Source of the DNA: Eledone cirrhosa
Taxonomy: Eukaryota
Length of the DNA: 64,000 nt
Direction: 5' to 3'
Assembly: GCA_964016885.1 (NCBI GenBank)
Contig: OZ024745.1
Span: 83,886,001 to 83,950,000, forward strand
How positions within the stretch are numbered: the stretch's first letter is position 1; every line of letters begins with the position of its first letter. The notes beneath the pieces are model-generated. The model ran no database searches, was not told the origin of the DNA, and saw only the letters and a list, made by a program, of their open reading frames with translations. Positions 22,482 through 35,484 of this stretch are shown piece after piece. The translations under genes were made by a program, and so were the position numbers.

Positions 22482-23122
22482 CGCCCCCTCTGCCAGTTAC
22501 ATTTTCTCTCGACTGACCTCTTCCTCGCACTTCCACTCATTCACTCTCTGTTTCTTCCCTTCTCACTTTCTCCCGTTTGGCTAGTAGTGGGGTTTCTACT
22601 TGCTCACATCTCACTCACGACGGACGGTCTGTATCTTGATCGCTCATGAAATCCACCCAGCTTATGCGGACCAGATAACTATGTTGCTTGTTTATTTTCC
22701 TATCTTCGGTTTTCTTTTATCCTTCTATGTTGTTTACTTGTCTCACTCGCTTTACGCGATTTACTTGTCCCAATAGCTTTTTTTAGTTATTGCTCGCACA
22801 AACCTGAGGTATATGATTTTTAATGCGATGAAATATCAATGATGGTTGGCAAATCACTGACGAGGGACTAATTTTATCATATGAAACCCATGTGCAACCA
22901 CGTAGTATACTTCTTTCTTCTCATGTTTTTTTGCGTTTGTGTTTCTCTCTTACTGCTTCCCCGTTCTCTCTGTTGCTCTCACCTTCTATCGCCCCCTCTG
23001 TCACTTACACTTTCTCTCGACTGACCTCTTCCTCGCACTTCCACTCACTCACTCTCTGTTTCTCCCCTTCTCACTTCCTCCCGTTTGGCTATTAGTGGGG
23101 TCTCTTCTTCTTTCTTCTCATG
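22479..23122 (+). mobile_element. Non-coding (TA)n-embedded element with partial tandem repeat (22480-22600 recurs at ~22990-23105)
   Basis: Internal direct repeat; 22785-22910 is homologous to 53690-53815 and to the reverse of 50780-50905. Confidence 0.6.
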
Positions 23123-23190
<68 letters not shown>

Positions 23191-23335
23191 TTAGCGAGAA
23201 TTGCATTTCGGCGAGTAGATAATTAGCGAAACGCAACTTCCGTATTGTGTTGGCGAGCGTTCAATGGATATGAATATACCAGAGCTATAAACATAACTTT
23301 AAAACACCATACAATATATATATATAAATATATAC

Positions 23336-23421
<86 letters not shown>

Positions 23422-23435
23422 GTATATATATATAC

Positions 23436-23489
<54 letters not shown>

Positions 23490-23492
<3 letters not shown>

Positions 23493-23698
23493 AACGAGTA
23501 GGACCCCGACGGTTGAGCTCTAGCCGTTTCGACGGCTAATTCTGGACTAAAAATGATTTTTAGTCCAGAATTAGCCGTCGATACGGCTTGCACTCAGCCG
23601 TCAGGGTCCTACTCGTCCCTATTACCCACTCTACTACCCTAAGTATTGAGTACTTTGGTGCGTTATGGTCCATCTGGTTCCTTACCACATTTCCTTCG

Positions 23699-23700
<2 letters not shown>
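23490..23700 (+). mobile_element. Small fold-back element in (TA)n; second copy at 63002-63200
   Basis: ~130-bp imperfect hairpin followed by attacccactctactaccctaagtattgagtact...ttccttcgtt, shared by both copies. Confidence 0.7.
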
Positions 23701-23760
<60 letters not shown>

Positions 23761-23770
23761 GTATATATGC

Positions 23771-23813
<43 letters not shown>

Positions 23814-25039
23814 TATATATATATATATTAATATATATATATATACACATATATATATGTATACGTATATATATACGTATATATATATATATACGTATAT
23901 ATATATATATACGTATATATATATATATACGTATATATATACGTATATATATATATTACCAGTGAGACCTTGGTTACCCTGTTGAGCTTTGCTGACGAAC
24001 GAAATCCAACCGTGACCATCTCCACTGAAAGTTTTCGTGAAATAGTCTTTTCAAGACTATACAGAGCATTTGAAGTTGTCCCAAATTGAAGGTTGAGTGC
24101 TTTAGACTTTGTTTTATCATGAGTTAAGGCTCTATTGATTTTTCCCTGGATTTCTCTAAGTTCTGTTGGATAAATCTATATCCTGATTCCTTTTGAATTG
24201 AGTCTGAATTATTTTTCCCATATCTTATGTTAACTATTTTCCCATTTTGACGCTATAGTCACATATATTTTATGGAATACTGTTGGCTTCTTGCTACAAC
24301 AATTTCTATACTTTTCATTTATATATATATATAATATATATAGGTTGAAAAATGAAAAGAAAGGCGAGATTTAGTGCTTAACTAATTAATGAACTGATTT
24401 TGCTTTAAACTCGCCTTCTTTGTTTTCATGGTCCAACTTATGACTAGTTCATTTGAATACACAACAAAATCTAATATGATGCTATTCTTCCACAAAACAA
24501 AAACCTTTTTCACCATATTCAGTTGGGATATTCATATTCATGTTACATGGAGTTCTAACGGCATTAGTGGCTCCACTGTAGACAGGTAAAGCCAGTGGTT
24601 ATATAAAGTTATATTAAAGTAAATGCGAGCGTATACGGAGAACGATATACGTTGAACTTGTACAACTAAAAACAGCGTAGCTGCTGGAATTATTTATGCA
24701 AGGGAAATCACTTAGACAGAACAAATTTATAGTTATTTCCCTTACATTATACGTAAAGTTTGCAAACCGAATTTACTTCATTGTAATTTACTTAATTTCG
24801 GCTTTGTCTTTTGATATTAAGCTAATGATTTTTTCTTGCCATTAATGATGTCCTTTTTATAAATTTAAATCTCTTGGTTTACTTCATTAATGTTAACACC
24901 CATTTTACTATTTGCATTGCAGGCAATCATGGCCATCTTTTATCAAGTAATTCTAATAATTGAAAATAGTTGACGTAATACTAAGTATATGAGTTAGGGA
25001 TCTTTAAAGGATACTAATATTATATCTGTTGAGAACATC

Positions 25040-25445
25040 TGTTGAATCAGTGTTGTAGGCATCAGGTACATGGACTCTGACACAATCATTTGAAAAGAAA
25101 CTAGATGGTGCATACACTAATATGCTCAGGGCTGTACAAACTATAAACTGGCGTCAACCTATTACAAATGAATGTTTATACGGAAACTTGCCCACGATAA
25201 CAACAATTTCTCAAATCTCAAAGATTTGCAGGTCATTGCTGGAGAAGTAAGCAGAATGTTATTCACAAGTTACTATTCTTCCCAACCAACTCATGGGAGA
25301 TGCAGTAGAGGAAGACCTGATCAAACCTTTATCGATCAATTCTCAGACGATAGAAACCTCAATAGGGAGCAGTTGCCAGGAGCAATAGAAAATCAGTAAT
25401 TTTGGAGAGATTGTGTCAGAAATCTGCGACTGTGGTTGCAGTGAT
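25040..25445 (+). pseudogene. Degenerate RTE-like LINE 3' fragment
   Basis: VESVL...WTLTQSFEKKLDGAYTNMLRA...RGRP resembles the 49235-49678 peptide. Confidence 0.65.
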
Positions 25446-25896
25446 GGTGAATAGTATATCCTTGCCATCTAATCAGTGTGGCAATCTTTATTTATTTCGT
25501 GAAGGGAGGAGGTGATCTTATTTGATTTGAACGCAAAACTGTTAACGAACAAGAAAAATTACAGTTTTAAATCCGACATTTTTACTCATCTCAGCTGCCA
25601 TGTTCCACAATTAAATTATAGTGAATTTTATTAGGAAAACACAAATAACCACCATTTTAAGTGCCAAATAAAAGAAATGCCATTTAAACTATAATTGAAT
25701 TTTAACATTTCATTGTAAGAATCGTTTTCTTGTATCAAAGAAAACGTTCTATTAATCAAATTGGAATATTTTTTATTCCGTTCTTTTTCAATTATAGTCA
25801 CGCCATTATGTTAGGTAGATTCACATTTGAAGTATATGCTTTTCCGAGAGACGTTAGATTGTGGGTAAAGGGGTTCACATGAACAGATAGATAATT

Positions 25897-26025
25897 GTTT
25901 CTACTTTTGGCACAAGGCCAGCAATTATCCCAGTGTATTACTGGTACTTTATTTTATCGACCCTGGAAGGATGATAGGCAAAGTTAGCCTCGGCGGGATT
26001 TGAACTCAGTCCGTAAAGGGACCAG
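25897..26025 (+). mobile_element. SINE fragment, octopus OK-SINE-like
   Basis: gtttctacttttggcacaaggccagcaatt...actggtactttattttatcgaccc..aggatga.aggcaaagtta.cc.cggcgggatttgaactcag repeats at 45404-45520; family name from memory. Confidence 0.6.
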
Positions 26026-26599
26026 ATAGATAATTGTATATATTTATACCTCTAATTGTTATTTTGGCATAGCTCTGCTAGAGAACGGGCCGCAGGTGGG
26101 ATATAGAGATACAACAACCAGATATGAGGGTTAGTTTCGATATATGCGGGGCCCTGCCGGACGAATAAGCCATGACGGACCAACAGCGCTAAACTACTAG
26201 GGGAGATGGAGCAATGGGTAAATCTTAACTCCCAAGAAACTCTCACCACCCAGTGAAGTAGCTACGACGAGGCGAGTAAAGGCCGACTCTAAAATAGCCT
26301 AGTCTTTGCGGGTTTGGGATAAGTAACAAATTGGTTACTGCAGCAAATAAAACCACCAAAATACTGCAATATAGTTTGATGCAATAAAAGAATTCATACC
26401 GTACCATCCTTCTCACGGAGTAACAAGGAATGCGTTCAGGCTTTAGGAACAGGGTCCTGTTCGAAAGTAATATTGCAATCTCCATCCAACGCTTCAAGAA
26501 CTGCCGATTGACCTGAGACCTGTCCTGGTAGGCAACGGATAGACGCACGTAGGTTGCATATCCAAGGCACCAAAGGAATAGCAGGTATCAAAATCGGTG

Positions 26600-27280
26600 C
26601 TGCGCAGACTGAGGAACTTGTCCTACCAAGGAAGCCTGCAGAATGCACTTTACATATGAATTCCACTGAAGCAGGTGAAGAAGTTTAAGTATCTCGAGAC
26701 GTATTCACCACTCTTGGAAGGCATGGGGCTGAATAAAGTGCAAATGTTGAAGAAGTTAGTGCAGTAATGCGCCAGCTTCAGCATTCGGCTATCAGAAGAA
26801 AGGGAGTAGGTGTAAAAGTCAAACTAGCTATCTTCAATTCGGTATTCGTTCCTAAACTTTACATAAGGTCATGAATTTTGGGTAATGACTGAAAAAATAC
26901 GATCGTGAATACAAGCGACAAAAATGAGGTTCCTCCGAACGGTCTTTGGGGTAACGTTACTCAATAGAGTACGTGGCTCCGTGGTCAGATAGTTTCTCTA
27001 ATTTGAGCAGCTATTTCTCCGAATTCAGAGATTACAGCTCCGATACTATGAACATGTGGTCAGATTGTTTAAGGAAAGAATCGCTGGATAGATTTTACGA
27101 ACGAAACCAACTGACGAGTGACCCAAGGGTAGACCTCCGAGCATGATGGTTGGATTACATCTATGAACTCGGCTGGTTTCGCTTGGGGATCCAGTCGGCT
27201 TCATTGGAGACAGTTGCTTCTGACATGACTTGCTGGAAGGTATGCTTGAGGATTCTCTCCCCATGTCCATCCCAGGAATA
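26600..27280 (+). pseudogene. Degenerate RTE-clade LINE 3' fragment
   Basis: KFKYL, KVKLAIFNSVFVP, WVMTEKIRS*IQATKMRFLR, P(K)GRP with stops and frameshifts. Confidence 0.6.
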
Positions 27281-28488
27281 AATGAACAGAGAAGGAAAAG
27301 TGTATTTCATTTGCTTATAACATTTGGTCTATACCATGTTCGAGGAACTATGTAGACTGTCTAGCATCGATATCAAACAGATCTACTATTGTGTCTAGGA
27401 AAACAAAGCTTTCGAGATAGCAGCCTAATTGAATATTTATAAATATATATTAGATCTGTTTCTCTGAATACCGCAACAGACAATCAAATTGAGCATTTCA
27501 CTACAAGTGTCAGTATTGTGCTTCCTTTATGTGAACGGCGCTGACACCTTCGTATTAAAACTTGTCTTAGCAAGCCAATAAAAGAACCTTCACGTGATCG
27601 ATTGACACGCTCGAAATAGCACCCAACCGTAATTTAAAAGAAAAAGAAATCTGAAACTACATTGAATAAAGTTGTTTTAGAAACACTTACCTGAAAATGA
27701 AATACGGGATGATTATTACTAGAGTAGTTTTAATTATACGTCTGATCTCAATCAGGATGAACCTGGAGCTAAGCAAAATCGAGGTAAGTTTAGAACGTTT
27801 AAGCGATAATGTGACTGCTAAAAATAGAAGCTAAACCTCTTTCAGATCATACCCTAGCAACTTAAAAAGAATATGTACATCGGATAGTGTAACCCTAAAT
27901 ACATTATTTCTAAAGAAAAAGACGGAGTGGTCATGACTGAAAACCTTTAAGACCATACGCATGCTCAATGAACTACTACTACTACTACAAATCGGTGTAT
28001 TTGAAGTAGTATATATATATATAGTATATATATATTTATATATTTGTGTATGTGTGTGCGCGCGTGCGTGTATGTGTGACGTGTGTGTGTATGAATATGT
28101 ATATTCATGTATATAAGGGGCAGATGAACACAGCAGAGTCAACGGCCATCCAAATTCTACTTTTTTTTTTCACCTGGGAGTGAAAGACCCCCCTCCCCAG
28201 TTGTTTTCACAACACCTTTCTAAGAGAGGGAAACCCTGAATAAAAAACATTGCGGCTCGGAAGCATCCAATGATGTTGACCTGTTCTCCTTTTCGGGTAG
28301 TGTTTTCGATGCTCAGAGAGTGGGATTGTCGAGTACAAGGCCGTTCCCTACTTAAAAAAACCTTCAAGGCACAGGCATTGCTTGTTCGGGATCTGTTACA
28401 GGTTCGTGAGGCTGGCCGTAGTCTAAAAGTGCACCATTTTCTGTAATCTGACAAGTGATTGCAAAACTCTCAACACAGCTTGCAGCTG

Positions 28489-28582
<94 letters not shown>

Positions 28583-28622
28583 GATATTAAACAAATGGAA
28601 ACTATATTTATAAAACCATATT

Positions 28623-28688
28623 TATTTCATTATACATATTTCAGGGATACCATATTAAAAATATGGCATGCCTTCTTCAGATAAAATA
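28623..28688 (-). ncRNA. Minimal type I hammerhead ribozyme (3' pLTR)
   Basis: tattttat-CTGAAGA-agg[atgccatat/atatggtat]cct-GAAA-tatgta-TA-atgaaata. Confidence 0.75.
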
Positions 28689-29995
28689 CAATATATAAGC
28701 AGTTTTATAAATAAATTTGACGTACCATAAATATTGATCAACTTCCATTTAAAAAGTTGGTTTGGTAGTGAAATGTTTGTAAATATTTAGTGTTAAGCAC
28801 AGTTAGAAAGAAAGACGGAGAGAAGGAATAAATGTATGTAAAGAAAAACAGAGAGAGATAGAGAGAGATATGGGAGAGAGAAATAGTGAGGGGGTGAAAA
28901 TGAGAGGCAGCTGAGGCAACAGATGAATAATAATAATTCATCATACAAATTGAGAGATTTAGGAGGGGGGGAGTACTGTAATTATTTATTTATTTATTTA
29001 TTTAGTTATAGTGTTAAGGAGACGGAGAGAAATAAAAAATAAATAAAGAGAAAACAGCGATACTTAAATTTCATTATGTATAGAGGGAGGAGAAGAAAGA
29101 GCTATATCTAGAGAGAAGGATGACAGATTTACAACTTTACGTTATGTCCTATCAATTTGAATTATCAATTCATATGAATTTGGTATTATAATGTAAATAT
29201 CAATATTCATGAATGAGACATAGATATATAATGTGTGAAAAATAATGACCATATGTTTAGTTTAAAAATTCTTAGGTCGATATATCAAAAACCTGAGATA
29301 AAACTTCAAAATACATAAGTATATATGTACTTTCCGGAAAAAGAAAGAAAGAGAAAAAGAGAAGGTCATCTCAAGTTCTAGTTGACACTATAGATATACA
29401 CGTGAACTTACGTGATCAGCTCTGTAATTTCTTATTTCACATGAAAAAATTTTCCCTTGCGTTATTAAAAATGTTACTATATATTAATATTCCTGCCCTC
29501 ACATACATGATTATCGTTCATGTATAGAATAGACAACAGACATTAACATATCAAAATGCTAAGAATACTTTCATCACTCCCTAGAGTATCTAGGGCCTTA
29601 AAAAACACAGTATGCCCCCCATATCAACCACAGAAATCAACCCTTCCAATTTATCTGACAATATATTGCCAAGTTCATTAGAAGCAATCAGAATAAAAAA
29701 ACAAACAAAAAACCAAAATTATTCAACAAGACTTATTTAGCAGAAATCATTTAAAAGATTTAGGAGACCCTGTTGTTCTACAGATGCTCTTATATTTAGT
29801 ATAGAAGTTTATCTAGCGTAAAATTTATTCAATAGATTGGGAGCATCAACATTTTAGGGTAGTTTAATTACATCATTAGTATATATTTATGAAGAAGGTT
29901 TAAAAAAGAAAAAGTTGAAGGAATCGAAAGATTTATCGTCATGTTTCATAATTAATTAATTAAATATCTTAACTAAATATACTACTAAATATACT

Positions 29996-32174
29996 ACAGT
30001 TGTCTGCAGCAACTGAATAAATTTCTCCTTAGATTAAGGGAATTTTTAGATTTTAATATAAAGAATATCTCCTCCACGCAGAGGTCACATGTCTCAGATG
30101 AGGAATTAAAAGGAATCCCTCTTGAGACTATATTCCAAAACAACGAATATCCAACGTTATCATTTAAGTTGCCAGAGTAAGCCTGTTAGTGAAGTTGAAG
30201 ATTTTTTGCCTGGATCTGTGAAAGAATTCTTATGATTATTATAGCGAAGTTTAAATTCTGTCGAGGTGGAACCAACATAGTTAAAAGAATTTAGGTCAGT
30301 TTTAACATTACAATTGTATATTATATTTTTAACTAAGCAATTGTTATTTAACGGACATTTAGATTTATTTCTACAGTTACAGTTGTTTAATTGAATATTG
30401 TTTAGGCTATTATCGGTATTTTGGCTAGGTTTTAGATTCCTATTATTTATTCTGTTAATATTTTGTGCTAAATTTTTTGTGGACGAGTAAGTTAATTTTA
30501 TAGTATGTCTATTAAAAATTGAGTGATATTTATGTGTTCTAGGGAAGCGTTTGTCAAGAGCATTAAAAAATAGTTTAGCAATGTGGGTTTTAATATTTAG
30601 TGAGAAAGGGGGGGCAAACCATATTATATTTCTAGTTCTATTTCTTTTCTGGCTTTTGGAATTATTGTAATGCTTTCTATTATAGTTGTTAAAGTTGTTA
30701 CCGTAATTAAAATTGTTGTTATTTTGGTTAGTTTGCCTATTATTATCGATGTACATAATTTTATCACTATATCCTGCTCTAGCTAACGCTTCATTGTAAT
30801 ACTGCGCTTTTTCGTCGAAAAAATTTTTATTAGATGAAATTCTTGTGATACGTTCTTGAACAGAGTTCACTATAGTATTTTTAACAGATCTGGGGTGATT
30901 AGAGTTAAAACTGACATAATTCAAGTTTTCATTTAGTTTGTGAAATGGATAGTGAAGACATGTGTTGAGATTTAGTGTTACATCTAGGAAATTGACTATT
31001 CTATGGTTATTCTCTATTTCTATTTTTAGATTAAGGTAATTAAAAAATTGTATAATTTGTTTTCTTTTTCTATTTAGTTCAGAGTTGTTATTTTCAATAA
31101 GTAAAAGCATGTCATCACGATATAATCCTCCGGTTACACCAGGTATTTTTCTATGCAGCGAATTAATTATAAATAGGCCCACAAGGTCCGTTACCTGAGC
31201 TGAGTCAGATGATCCCATAGTAATGTCGAAATTATTATCTCTATCTGCCCTAGTCCATAGTTGGTTATTAAATTCTATCAATGTTTTCCTTGCCGATAAT
31301 ATAATGTGCATTTCATTGCTAGTTAGGTCTGTATGTTTGAATGCGTAATTTAGTGCCTTATTTAGTAGATTAGGGGTAATAGATGAATAGTAGTTAGCAA
31401 TATCTAGTTGAATAAATTTATTACTATTGTTATATTTAATTTCTTTAAACCACTCAATAACCTCACCAGTTCCCTTCCACAAGTTTAAGTTAGGTAAACC
31501 ATGTAAGTTTTTAATTTGCTGTATCACCCTGTCTAGAATGTTTTTGCTAAGTTTACCCAGGTCAGATTTTGATGGTGCAATCAATCTGACTGGCAAATCA
31601 TTTTCAAAATTTCTTTTGTGATCTTTCATATTGATCTTGGGTTTCCTAGGCAAGAAGGGTTGTGTTTTGTTCTCAATTTCCAACTCATGCATTATACAAG
31701 ATGCCTCAACATTCATTTTCTCCAGTTCGTCCTTATCTGCTACTTTGTACTTTTTCCTTAGTTCTTTCAGTATAAGGCCATTATACATGTCTTTTTGCAC
31801 TCCATAAAGGTTGTTGGTTTTGTCCGATTTCACCAAGATCTTCTCTGTTCTCTCTAAGTTTTCAATATTATCCTTAATGCTTCTTAGATATTCCTGGCCT
31901 TTGAAGTTTCTCTTGAATTTGACTCCTTGTATGATAGAAATGATATCGTTTTCAAAATCCATTAAAAGTTTGTTGGGGGGTGGATTTTTTTTAGATTTGA
32001 AAACTTTATCTAAGTCTGAGACATTTTCATTTAGATTAGATTTATCAAGTGGAAGGCACGCCACCTGATTCTTCTTATAAAAGAGTCTGATTTTTCTATT
32101 AATTGTTTAATAAAGTCTTTGTTCTTAGGTAGAGGTATGTCTTTTAGAGAAGAAGATATCTTAAAGAATTCCAT
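29996..32174 (-). pseudogene. PLE RT plus C-terminal GIY-YIG endonuclease, frameshifted near both ends
   Basis: ATG 32174 MEFFKISSSLKDIP..FIRRIRWRA; DKT, LDIANYYSSI, TMGS, YRDD, FLDV; CNCRNKSKCPLNNNC linker, IIY..YVGST; out-of-frame tail W-NIV..CDLCVEE..LN..CCR below 30160. Confidence 0.87.
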
Positions 32175-32662
32175 TTTTTTTCAGTTATAATATAAAGCGC
32201 TCAACAGTATTGGAGCAAAACATATGCAAAAGTTTTATTTAAAATTGTTGGGTTACAACGAGTAAATATTTTATAACTGATATAAAGCACTCAACAAGTT
32301 TTGGAGTAGATATACGATATTAAACAAATGGAAACTATATTTATAAAACCATATTTATTTCATTATACTTATTCCAGGGATACCATATTAAAAATATGGC
32401 ATGCCTTCTTCAGATAAAATACAATATATAAGCAGTTTTATAAATAAATTTGACGTACCATAAATATTGATAAACTCCCATATCTCTCTCTATCTCTCTC
32501 TGTTTTTCTTTACATACATTTATTCCTTCTCTCCGTCTTTCTTTCTAACTGTGCTTAACACTAAATATTTACAAACATTTCACTACCAAACCAACTTTTT
32601 AAATGGAAGTTGATCAATATTTATGGTACGTCAAATTTATTTATAAAACTGCTTATATATTG

Positions 32663-32728
32663 TATTTTATCTGAAGAAGGCATGCCATATTTTTAATATG
32701 GTATCCCTGAAATATGTATAATGAAATA
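32663..32728 (+). ncRNA. Minimal type I hammerhead ribozyme (inverted pLTR)
   Basis: Same fold: stem I tattttat/atgaaata, CTGAAGA 32671, GAAA 32709. Confidence 0.75.
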
Positions 32729-32874
32729 AATATGGTTTTATAAATATAGTTTCCATTTGTTTAATATCGTATATCTACTCCAAAACTTGTTGAGTGCTTT
32801 ATATCAGTTATAAAATATTTACTCGTTGTAACCCAACAATTTTAAATAAAACTTTTGCATATATATATATATAT

Positions 32875-34043
32875 ATTTGTTTTGCGAGGTTTTTGATATG
32901 AATTCGTGTGTCGAAACAAATATTGTTATACTTGGGGAGGGTCATATTGTTGTAAAAATATTGCCAGAAATAATAACAGAACACACTCACTGATTGGTTG
33001 GTTTTCGCTTCTGTATCTTTTATATCTCCACAGTTAATTCATTCGGTCCTCAATGTTTACCATTGACTGACCAATGGTAAAAAATACAGATATAATATAG
33101 ACATAAACACATATACATAGTCTAACAAAGTTCTTTCGTTGCACATCTGCAACATCACCAGTACTACTATTATGTTCCTCCTGTTGTATTGTATATCTAC
33201 GCCATTTTTATTGTGTCTGTTTAGTTATTTATTTATTTATTTATTTATTTTTGTCTTCTTCTCTGCGCATGTGTTTGCGTGTGTGTATAGTGTTTGGTGT
33301 GTGTTCGCGTTTGGGTGACTGCGTTTCGGTTATTGTATTCTATCTTAGTTTACTAGTGTGTGTTTATATGTGTTTTTTTGTTATTGTGCTTGTGTATATA
33401 TTTATTTATTTATTTATATTTCTCTTAGGTCAGTATTGTTTGTTTGGGTGTTGTTGTTATTCCATTCATTTTTTCTGTTTAGCTTTGGCCATCTAAGCTC
33501 TATTTCGCTTGCCTCTCTGATTTTCCTATCTGCTGGATCATTTCTATGTTTACATATTATTTTAATTTCTATGTTGTCTATGTTACCGTCATGTTGTTGT
33601 CTGGCGTGTCCCTATAGTACTGAGCCGTTTTTTCTACCTTATAGTTCCCCCCAGTATTGGTCTATCCGTTCACCTATGCTAGGAGCTGTCTCGCCTATGT
33701 ATGTTGTTGTCATGTTTCTGCAAGTATTCTCTGTACATCTTATGCTATAGACTACGTTTCTAGTTTTACAGTTTATCTGGGGGTCTACTTTACATATAAC
33801 ACATTTCTTATCAGTACAGTGGGTTTTCTTAAAAGGGTATGTTTTGCTGATCAGGGATTTTATGGTAGTTCCTGACTGTTCTACCACTTTAATCTGTAAG
33901 TGGGTCTTTCTCAGGGTTAGCTAATTTCCCTCCAGGGGTAGCGTCCACGAACATGACACTCTGGTATCTCTGGTTGTCGTACCATGAGGTGGCTTTCCCT
34001 AACTTATGTTTAGTTCTATCTAAGGTATTCCATGATTTGCTCT

Positions 34044-34045
<2 letters not shown>
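32875..34045 (-). mobile_element. 5'-truncated Nematis-like PLE (endonuclease remnant and pLTR)
   Basis: CTDKKCVIC..CKTRNVVYSIRC..YIGETA is homologous to the 59781-61823 ORF; terminus 32880-32950 matches 59335-59405. Confidence 0.8.
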
Positions 34046-34114
<69 letters not shown>

Positions 34115-34118
<4 letters not shown>

Positions 34119-34304
34119 TAAGTTAATCAGGGTTGAATCGGAAGTAACCACAGTAAGTAAGGTACTCAATACATAGCAGAGTATAACAGTTTTAATATAG
34201 ATGAGATTCTACAGGACTAGAACTGTTTCATTCTTTAGAAATCCTGATGATTTCTAAAGAATGAAACAGTTCTAGTCCTGTAGAATCTCATCTATATTAA
34301 AACT
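34115..34304. mobile_element. pLTR-like mini-element with 56-bp perfect fold-back containing a hammerhead core
   Basis: Arms 34188-34243 and 34249-34304; CTGATGA-tttc-taaa-gaat-GAAAC-agttcta-GTC; same family at 63270-63386 and 63400-63540. Confidence 0.7.
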
Positions 34305-34708
34305 ATATATATATATTTATTAAAATAACAGATTAAAGTTTAAGCAAAGAATCGCTGCTTTCACGCTTAACGGATCTTCTGAAACTAGCAAAGTCAATCT
34401 GTAAACAGATTTCTGCTATTAGAGATAAATATATTTCATATATAAATCAAATAAGGTAATTAATTCAAAATCCTAAATATATATCATATATGAATATATA
34501 TATACACACACACATGTTATATATATATATATGTGTGTATACATACACACACGTACACACAAACACACATAAACACACACAAACACACACACATATATAT
34601 GTGTGAGTGTGAATATATATATATAAGCGTGAAACTAATATTAACATTTGTACTGCCTCTTCGCTTTTTTTTTTTTTTGTTTTTTGTTTTTTTGTTTACT
34701 GTCTCAAC

Positions 34709-34739
<31 letters not shown>

Positions 34740-34744
<5 letters not shown>

Positions 34745-35003
34745 GAAAGGGATGTTTCTCTTTGTCGAATAAATAAATGAACAATCAAGGCTAACAATCA
34801 TTTTATTTAATGCGATAATTTAGTAAATTTCCTACAACGTCAATATTTTGAGGAGCGGATCTTTCCACGTCTGTTCATGTCCGTGGTCCAAAAAGAGTGA
34901 GTGAACCTGTGGCTGTGTCCGGGTGTATTTTTGCCTCCGCTCTCTGAAGGGTTGTTAAGGGGAGGCAACTGCTAGTTGCCAAGCGACCATCTCAGCCACT
35001 ACA
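34740..35003 (-). repeat. 3' LTR
   Basis: Matches 39942-40205 with one mismatch seen (tgcgataa/tgccataa). Confidence 0.95.
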
Positions 35004-35484
35004 TTCACCTCGGAGCAGATTTTTTGTCGAAAAATCGTTAACAATGAAGCGAAGGTAGTTTACAAAATGTAGAAGAATGTATCAACAAATTTAAAAAAAA
35101 AATAATAAATAGGTTCATGTCTGCAAGCATTAACACAGAAGAAAAAAAAACAAAACAAAAAAAAAAAACGTACAGTAAAAGATGCAAAATGCATGAAAAG
35201 ATAACACTCTTCGCAATAAAGGGGCCCTAGATGCGATAAACAAGAAAAAAAATGTTTTGCTAGGCAATTAAAATGCCATATGTAGCATAGTTATAAAAAT
35301 GCACTAAAAAAAAATGGACTGTGTCAGAATTGACAACAGTCGTAATGTTACGCAAAATATAATATATTGACACTGCCGTAGGCAGTCAAGAATCAAAAAG
35401 TAACAAAATGCAATGTACAACAAAAACAATTGGAAGGAAAAAAACAAAAAAAAAAATACAATTCAGTTTATATTACTGCATAGC

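Larger units (their letters stand above)
28580..32861 (-). mobile_element. Penelope-like element, Hydra-like clade, with direct pLTRs and a 5' inverted pLTR, in (TA)n
   Basis: pLTR 28580-28737 equals 32312-32471; 32476-32861 is an inverted pLTR copy; RT followed by GIY-YIG ORF; (TA)n on both flanks. Confidence 0.88.

Noticed and set aside
23960-24320. Minus-strand open stretch between TA tracts and a CTGACGA..GAAA motif near 23992
   Set aside because: No recognisable protein motif; only 2 nt between the boxes, so no stem II.
30157-30162. TGA ending the PLE ORF as a possible selenocysteine codon (as in some Naiad PLEs)
   Set aside because: It is followed immediately by TAA and the conserved tail continues in another frame, so it is a frameshift. 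The endonuclease is C-terminal, unlike Naiads.
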